The notes beneath the pieces are model-generated. The model was not told the DNA's origin. It did not search any database and saw only the letters and a program-made list of their open reading frames with translations. A stretch of 39,218 nt of DNA from a virus (taxonomy: Duplodnaviria > Caudoviricetes): the IMG/VR virus record IMGVR_UViG_3300012921_000069, positions 1 to 39,218 of that record; one strand, written 5' to 3'. How positions within the stretch are numbered: the stretch's first letter is position 1; each line of letters starts with the position of its first letter. Positions 33,479-39,218 of the stretch are shown here, in pieces. The position numbers were made by a program, and so were the translations under genes.

Positions 33479-33991
33479 ATGCCGGTCGATATCGACGTAG
33501 CCCTGCAGGAAGCCTATGCCAGCGCCAGCGCGGTGGAACTGCACACGCTCGAAGTGCGCCACCCCGGCTTCACGCAGCCGATCCGCCTGGTGCTGAGCCA
33601 TCGCAACCACGTGCTGACGCTCGAAGCCGATGCGCCGCTCGATGCCTCGACACCCGTCGAGTTCATCGGTACGTCGTTCGGCGCGGAGATGCCCGCGGTC
33701 GATGAGAACGGCCAGATGCGCATGCGCATCACGATCGACAACGCGACGGGCGAGATCGAGGACGAGTTGGGCCCGGCTGTGCAATTGCCGACCGTGGCGG
33801 AAGTGACCTACCGCACGTTTCTGGATCTGGACACCAGCGCGCCGCAGCTGCCGATCCTGAACATGGAGGTGTTCGACGTGAGTGCCGGCGACATGACGAT
33901 CGAAGTCGTGGTGGGCTTCGGCGACTTCAGCAACAAGGCATTCCCGCGCGAGGACTACACGCGCCAGCGCTTTCCGGGGCTGCGTCGATGA
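33479..33991 (+). CDS. DUF1833 family tail tip protein
   Basis: QEAYASA...LHTLEVRHP...ITIDN...NKAFPREDYTRQRFPGL. Confidence 0.85.
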   Translation: MPVDIDVALQEAYASASAVELHTLEVRHPGFTQPIRLVLSHRNHVLTLEADAPLDASTPVEFIGTSFGAEMPAVDENGQMRMRITIDNATGEIEDELGPAVQLPTVAEVTYRTFLDLDTSAPQLPILNMEVFDVSAGDMTIEVVVGFGDFSNKAFPREDYTRQRFPGLRR

Positions 33992-34404
33992 AAGGGCCGG
34001 GACACTGGGCGGAGCAGTACATCGGCCTGCCGTGGGAAAAAGGGGGCGAGGGGCCGGACGCCTTCAACTGCTGGAACTTCTTCCGCATGGTGCAGCGCCA
34101 GCACTTCGGCCGCGAGATCGGGCCGGTGCAGGCCGATGAAGACGTGCCGCGCGAGTACATCGAGGCCTTCCGCACGCACCCCGAGCGCTGCGACTGGATC
34201 GAGGTCGACCGCCCTGCCGAGGGCGACGGCGTCGAGGTGTGGCACATCCGTTACCCGTGGCATATCGGTGTGTGGGTCGACGTCGATGGCGGCGGCCTGC
34301 TGCACTGCGTGCGCGGCATGGGCGTGATCTTCTCGCGGGCACACGAGCTGCCGGCACAGGGCTTCGGCCGCGTCGTGTGCTTCCGCCACCGGAGCGCGCT
34401 GTGA
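33988..34404 (+). CDS. NlpC/P60 tail assembly protein (lambda gpK-like)
   Basis: YIGLPWEKGGEGPDAFNCW (catalytic Cys), HIGVWV, LLHC. Confidence 0.88.
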   Translation: MKGPGHWAEQYIGLPWEKGGEGPDAFNCWNFFRMVQRQHFGREIGPVQADEDVPREYIEAFRTHPERCDWIEVDRPAEGDGVEVWHIRYPWHIGVWVDVDGGGLLHCVRGMGVIFSRAHELPAQGFGRVVCFRHRSAL

Positions 34405-37400
34405 CTCGCCGCGAGCCGTTTGCGCGGATGACAATCAGCGCCAGTGCGCTCGCGCCCAGCGTGACGGTGCGCGAGGTCGCGTTGCGCAAGCCCGCATCGA
34501 TCGCAACGCTGGTCAGGCGCTACAAGGTCGGCGCGCATGGCTTGCCCTTCGTGTGCTCGATCGACGGCTTGTACTACGGCCGCGCGGAGTGGCCGACGCG
34601 CCGCGTCGAGGCCGGCGAGCACGTGATCTTCCGCAGCGTGCTGCAGGGCGGCGGCGGCAGCAATCCGCTGAACCTGGTCATGCAAGCGGTGCTGGCGGTG
34701 GCCACCGGCGGCGGCTCGATCTGGGCCCAGATCGGCACGTTCGCGATGAACGTGGTCAAGGGCATGGTTGTGAATTCGCTGCTGAACCTGCTTCTGCCCT
34801 CGCCGAAGCAGCCGGCCGCAGCCACCAGCCGCGCAATGGCCTCGCCCAGCCCGACATACACGCTGCAGGCGCAGGGCAACAGCGCGAGGCTCGGCCAGCC
34901 GATTCCCGTGCTGTACGGCCGCCACCTGATCTTCCCGGACTACGCAGCCGACCCTTACGGCGAGTTCCGCGACAACGAGCAGGATCTGTTTCAGCTCTTC
35001 TGTGTGTCGCAGGGCCAGGTGGCGATCGAGCAGCTGAGGATCGAGGACACGGTGATCACCGGCACCCTGGGCGCCGACGGCTACTACCGGTCCGATTCGC
35101 CGTTCACCGGTGTGGTCTGGCAGATCGTGCCGCCGGGCGGCACGGTGACGCTGTTCCCGGCCAACGTCAGCACGTCAGGCGAGGTCGCTGGCCAGAAGGC
35201 CGAGAAGGACGAGACGCTGGGGCCGTTCGCGGTCAATGAGCCCGGCACCGTGATCGACCGCATCGGTTACGACGTGGTGTGCCCGAAGGGCCTGTACTGG
35301 TTCCGCGACGACGGCACGATGGACCCGCGTACGGCCACGTTCACGGTCGACGCCCAGCAGATCGACGACAGCGGCAACCCGCTGGCGGCGTGGTTTCAGC
35401 TCGCGACGCATTCCGTGTCGAAGGCGACGAACACCGCACAGCGCTTCAGCTGGACGAAACAGGTTCCACTGGGCCGCTATCGCGTGCGCCTGACTCGGGT
35501 AAATGACCCCGAAACGAGCACCCGCGGCACCAGTGACCTGCACTGGGCAGGCGTACGCGGTTATCACCCCGGAAACCAGGCTTACGGCGACGTGACGATG
35601 CTGGCGCTGCAACTGCGCGCCGGCAACCAGATCAGCGAGCAGAGCGCGCGCCGTATCAACCTGATCGGTCAGCGCTACCTGCGCACCTGGCACCCAGAAA
35701 CCGGCTGGACGCCGGCGCCGGTGGCCACCCGCAACCCGGCGTGGGCGCTGGCCGACATGGCACGCGCACAGTACGGCGGGCGCCTGCCGGACAGCCGCAT
35801 CGAACTGAGCACGCTGTACGAGCTGGCCGCGCTGTGGGAATCGCGCGGCGACCGCTACGACGCCGTGCACGACACCAAGGGCACGCTGTGGGAGGCGCTG
35901 ACGCTGGCCGCGCGTGTCGGCCGCGCTGCGCCCTACACCCAGTACGCCAAGCTCTTCTTCGTGCGCGACACGCCGTCGACGATGCCGGCGATGCTGTTCA
36001 GCGACCGGAACATCGTGCGCGGCTCGATGCGCGTGCGCTACATCGTCCATAGCAGCGAGACGGTCGACGCCGTCGAGTGCGATTACATGGATGAAAACAC
36101 CTGGTCGGAAAACCGGGTGCTGGCCAAGCTGGCCGACTCGGCGGCCGAGCAGCCCGCGCGCCTGAAGCTGTTCGGCGCCGTGCAGCGCCTGCATGTGTGG
36201 CGCGAGTGCATGCACATGGCCGGCGCGAACCGGTACCGGCGCGCCGTCATCACGCTGTCGACCGGCAAGGAGGGGCTGATTCCTCGCCCTGGCACGCTGT
36301 GCGCGATACAGCACCGCCGGCCGAAGTGGGGGCAGAGCGGCGGCGACCTGGTCGCTTTCACTGGCGCAAACGACGACGGTGGCGTCGATATCGGTGGCGT
36401 GCTCACCCTGGAGCGCCCGGTCGAGTTTCTGGACGCGACGCCTCATTTCGTTGCCTTCCGCGGTCGGCGGGGCGAAATGCATGGGCCCTACCAGGTCACC
36501 GCCGGTACCGACGCGCACCACGTCGTGCTGGCCGAGGCGATCGACGACTGGCAGCCCTATGTGGGCGCCAACGGCGAGCGCGCGCACGTGGTGTTCGGGC
36601 CTTCGAACAAGATGTGGATCAAGGCGCGGCTGATCACGCCGATCCGCCCGCGTACCGATACGGTCGAGCTGGCGTTCGTGATCGAGGCCGACGAGATGGC
36701 CGATATCGACGCCGGCAGCCCGCCGGCGGAAACGCCGGTGTTCAACCTGCCGACCATCCCCGATACGCCCTCGATCGGCGGCGACATCCTGGCTGTGCCG
36801 GGCGGCGCGCCGGATCTGCCCACGCTGGCGCTGTCGTGGCCGGGCGCCGTCGGCGGAAATTTCTACCTGGTGGAGCACAGCTACGACAACGCGTCGTGGG
36901 TGCCTGTCGGCCAGCCGACGGCGCCGAGCTACACCATGCAGGTGCAGCGCGGCATGAGCTACGTGCGGGTGGCGCCTGTGGGCCGCAATCAAGGGCCGTG
37001 GGTCTATGCGAGCGTCGATGTGCAGGGCGGCACCGACACCGCGGCGCCTGGCCAGCCCGGCGACCCCACGGCCACAGCGTTCCAGACCACCATCGTCGTC
37101 GAGTGGCCTGAGCATCTGCGGCCGGACATCCGCTACATCGAGATCTGGCGATCGCCTTCGGCGACCTTCGCCGCCGGCGCCCAGCTCGACATCGTCGACG
37201 GCAACGTGCGCCGTTACGCCGACCCGGTCGGCACCAGCAACGCCCAGCGCTGGTACTGGTACCGCCTCATCAACACCCGCGGCGAGCCCGGCCCGTGGTC
37301 CCTTCCGGCGAACGCCATAACCACCGCCGTAGGCGGCGTGACGGTCGTGGCCAACGTGCCGACCAGCAACATGGGCGACATCGTCTTCGTCAGCACGCAG

Positions 37401-37685
37401 CAAAGCCTGTACGAATGGCAGGGCACCGCTTACGTCAAGGCGCAGCCGACCATCGCAGCGAACAAGATCCTGGCCGGCACCATCACGGCCGCGCTGCGCA
37501 TGGAGGCAGCGGAGATCGTGGGCGGCAAGATCGATATCGCAGGCAAGTTCTCGGTCGACGAAAACGGAAACGTGGTCATCAAGAGCGCGGCAAGTGGCGC
37601 ACGAGTCGAGATCAGCAACCGTGTCATCAAGGTGTTCGATTCCAACAGCGTCGTGCGCGTGAAGATCGGAGACCTGTCGTTGTGA
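34401..37685 (+). CDS. Tail tip / host-specificity protein (gpI-like N-terminus fused to gpJ-like hub, FN3-like domains)
   Basis: SPTYTLQAQGNSARLGQPIPVLYG, ATRNPAWALAD, LFSDRNIVRGS; C-terminal ISNRVIKVFDSNSVVRVKIGDL. Confidence 0.9.
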   Translation: MTRREPFARMTISASALAPSVTVREVALRKPASIATLVRRYKVGAHGLPFVCSIDGLYYGRAEWPTRRVEAGEHVIFRSVLQGGGGSNPLNLVMQAVLAVATGGGSIWAQIGTFAMNVVKGMVVNSLLNLLLPSPKQPAAATSRAMASPSPTYTLQAQGNSARLGQPIPVLYGRHLIFPDYAADPYGEFRDNEQDLFQLFCVSQGQVAIEQLRIEDTVITGTLGADGYYRSDSPFTGVVWQIVPPGGTVTLFPANVSTSGEVAGQKAEKDETLGPFAVNEPGTVIDRIGYDVVCPKGLYWFRDDGTMDPRTATFTVDAQQIDDSGNPLAAWFQLATHSVSKATNTAQRFSWTKQVPLGRYRVRLTRVNDPETSTRGTSDLHWAGVRGYHPGNQAYGDVTMLALQLRAGNQISEQSARRINLIGQRYLRTWHPETGWTPAPVATRNPAWALADMARAQYGGRLPDSRIELSTLYELAALWESRGDRYDAVHDTKGTLWEALTLAARVGRAAPYTQYAKLFFVRDTPSTMPAMLFSDRNIVRGSMRVRYIVHSSETVDAVECDYMDENTWSENRVLAKLADSAAEQPARLKLFGAVQRLHVWRECMHMAGANRYRRAVITLSTGKEGLIPRPGTLCAIQHRRPKWGQSGGDLVAFTGANDDGGVDIGGVLTLERPVEFLDATPHFVAFRGRRGEMHGPYQVTAGTDAHHVVLAEAIDDWQPYVGANGERAHVVFGPSNKMWIKARLITPIRPRTDTVELAFVIEADEMADIDAGSPPAETPVFNLPTIPDTPSIGGDILAVPGGAPDLPTLALSWPGAVGGNFYLVEHSYDNASWVPVGQPTAPSYTMQVQRGMSYVRVAPVGRNQGPWVYASVDVQGGTDTAAPGQPGDPTATAFQTTIVVEWPEHLRPDIRYIEIWRSPSATFAAGAQLDIVDGNVRRYADPVGTSNAQRWYWYRLINTRGEPGPWSLPANAITTAVGGVTVVANVPTSNMGDIVFVSTQQSLYEWQGTAYVKAQPTIAANKILAGTITAALRMEAAEIVGGKIDIAGKFSVDENGNVVIKSAASGARVEISNRVIKVFDSNSVVRVKIGDLSL

Positions 37686-37966
37686 GCTACGGCATCGAAA
37701 TTTACGATGAGGACGGCGAAGTGACGCTTACGAGCGAGGCTTCCAACCTTCTGTTCGTGGATTCGATTCTGCATTCCGGTGACGCGGGCGCGGTGTTCGA
37801 GTATCCCGACCTGGCTGGGCGACAGGTGTTCATACAGGCGGTGCCGTACCAGGGCTTTGCCTTCTTCTCGATCAGCTATCCGAGCGGTGTGCCCCGCATC
37901 ACGACGCTGGAACCCGAGTGGGGCACGGGCTTGTCGCAGGTTCGCGCCTTCGTGTTCGCGCTATGA
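37682..37966 (+). CDS. Small tail tip accessory protein
   Basis: GTGA coupling; begins SYGIEIYDEDG. Confidence 0.7.
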   Translation: MSYGIEIYDEDGEVTLTSEASNLLFVDSILHSGDAGAVFEYPDLAGRQVFIQAVPYQGFAFFSISYPSGVPRITTLEPEWGTGLSQVRAFVFAL

Positions 37967-38790
37967 GCTACGGATTCCAGGCCCTGGATGCTGCTGGTCG
38001 GTTGCTGCTGTCCGACAGGGTGGGCGCTTACGGCTACAGGGGGCGATACGTCGCCGAGGAAACGCCGAACTATTCCAGCGATCTGGCCTGCGGAGCGGCG
38101 GACAGCATGACCGTTTCGCTGAAAGCGGGTAGCGGCAACTGGCGTGTGATCGTGCCGAAGTCGGTAAGCGCCAGCCCGCCGCTCCCGATGTTCGAGCTGC
38201 CGACGCACCCCAACGGGTGCGGGTGGTCGGGCTTCAACGACAACGGGACGCACTGGACCTTGTTCTTTCTGGCCAACGTACAGCCGGTCGTACATGTCTT
38301 CAGCCTTTTCACTGACGATCAGCGCGCGACGGTCGGGAGCGGCCTGCAGGTCTTCGACAGCAACGCGCGGCTCACCTTCGACAGTCTTGGGCGCCAGCCT
38401 CTTCAGCTTCTGCGAACGCCACTCGGCTATAGCCAGCCGGCTTTCGGGCGAACGTATCAGGGCGTCGGGCCGTCCTGGTCGACAGTCAATGCGCTGAACA
38501 ACACGACGATCGATCCCGGCGTAACGCTGCCGGCGGTGGTCCTCTGCGCTGGATCGGCGCTGTGGGAGACCATTTGCGAACCCGACACGTCGGACGGTAG
38601 CGGCAAGACGGTTGAAGGTGAGCTGTACAACACCTGGTGGCGTCTGCTCGGCCGCAGCGGGAACACGATTCACTCGTTCGCCTATCAGTACCGGAACTGC
38701 GTGAACTCGGGTGGTTGGCTGTATCCGTTCCTGAGTCCACGGAACTTCACGGGCCAGCTGATGCTTGCGGATCGGAGCCTTTACCCATGA
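37963..38790 (+). CDS. Tail tip accessory protein, candidate receptor-binding protein
   Basis: ATGA coupling; MSYGFQALDAAG and internal GLQVFDSNARLTFDS repeats. Confidence 0.7.
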   Translation: MSYGFQALDAAGRLLLSDRVGAYGYRGRYVAEETPNYSSDLACGAADSMTVSLKAGSGNWRVIVPKSVSASPPLPMFELPTHPNGCGWSGFNDNGTHWTLFFLANVQPVVHVFSLFTDDQRATVGSGLQVFDSNARLTFDSLGRQPLQLLRTPLGYSQPAFGRTYQGVGPSWSTVNALNNTTIDPGVTLPAVVLCAGSALWETICEPDTSDGSGKTVEGELYNTWWRLLGRSGNTIHSFAYQYRNCVNSGGWLYPFLSPRNFTGQLMLADRSLYP

Positions 38791-39218
38791 GGACGGCGCG
38801 CGACCTCGACGCCGCCGAGACGGCGTCTTTCGGACTGCCCGCCGATCAGCTGGAGTGGGCGCAGGAGGTTCGGTTCGCCGGCGGCGCTATTGGCGTCGCA
38901 GGCCGCTGGCGGAACCGCTCTTTGCCGCTGGCGCTGCTGATCAGCAATTTCAGCCATCCGCTCGCACTGCCGCAGCTTGTCATCCACCTGCTGGAAGCAG
39001 ACCCGGTCATCTACATCAACGCACCGGACGAACGATGGAAAGCCTACTGCCGCCGCGGCGCCGGCATCTTGATTGCCGACTCGCGATCGCTCGGCCCCAT
39101 CTTCGCCGTGACCAGGCAGCGCTGCCCCTTCTGGCCTGGCGCACGCGATCCCGATCCCTACCCCGACGAGAAACTGCTATGGAAAAGCCGCGCTGCACCA
39201 TCATCGCCGTCGCTCTGA
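38787..39218 (+). CDS. Hypothetical protein
   Basis: ATGA coupling with GGAG upstream; no family recognised. Confidence 0.55.
   Translation: MRTARDLDAAETASFGLPADQLEWAQEVRFAGGAIGVAGRWRNRSLPLALLISNFSHPLALPQLVIHLLEADPVIYINAPDERWKAYCRRGAGILIADSRSLGPIFAVTRQRCPFWPGARDPDPYPDEKLLWKSRAAPSSPSL

Larger units (their letters stand above)
1..39218 (+). mobile_element. Mu-like transposable (pro)phage with siphovirus tail; internal portion, repressor and ends not in window
   Basis: Co-oriented, often overlapping genes: Ner, DDE transposase, AAA ATPase, Gam, GemA, Mor, lysis, terminase, head and tail. No sheath or baseplate wedge genes recognised. Confidence 0.97.

Noticed and set aside
2084-37403. Long minus-strand ORFs (e.g. 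2084-3424, 16538-18109, 18123-19778, 22187-23812, 35175-37403)
   Set aside because: Antisense shadows of high-GC coding genes; no recognisable motifs and largely overlapping well-supported + strand genes.
1-39218. Phage ends (TG...CA with transposase sites), repressor, mom/invertase, CRISPR array, tRNA, reverse transcriptase or DGR repeats
   Set aside because: None seen by eye; the window starts at the ner start codon and ends at a stop codon, so the ends lie outside it.

Overview
The whole window is the interior of a high-GC transposable (Mu-like) temperate phage or prophage with a non-contractile (sipho-type) tail, and every credible gene is on the + strand. Gene order: Ner-like HTH and early regulators; DDE transposase and AAA+ transposition ATPase; Gam, HU and accessory early genes; GemA and a single Mor/C-family activator; lysis cassette; Mu gp25/26/27-like genes and large terminase; portal and MuF-like protein; a fused protease-scaffold-capsid gene; a 125 aa + 746 aa gene pair; connector, tail tube, frameshifted tail chaperone and tape measure; lambda-like tail tip. 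The repressor and both phage ends lie outside the window. Most notable: (1) a head polyprotein with 13 R-hydrophobic-x-E-[A/S] motifs confined to its pro-region, plus an internal in-frame start; (2) a lower-GC putative polysaccharide-lyase-like protein encoded right after the capsid gene (candidate enzymatic head spike); (3) a lysis-cassette protein with an N-terminal transmembrane helix and a C-terminal beta-barrel-type signal in place of Rz/Rz1 (candidate new spanin type); (4) three exactly spaced late promoters sharing a 16-bp palindrome, two apparently leaderless. All family calls come from recognising motifs by eye, not from database searches.
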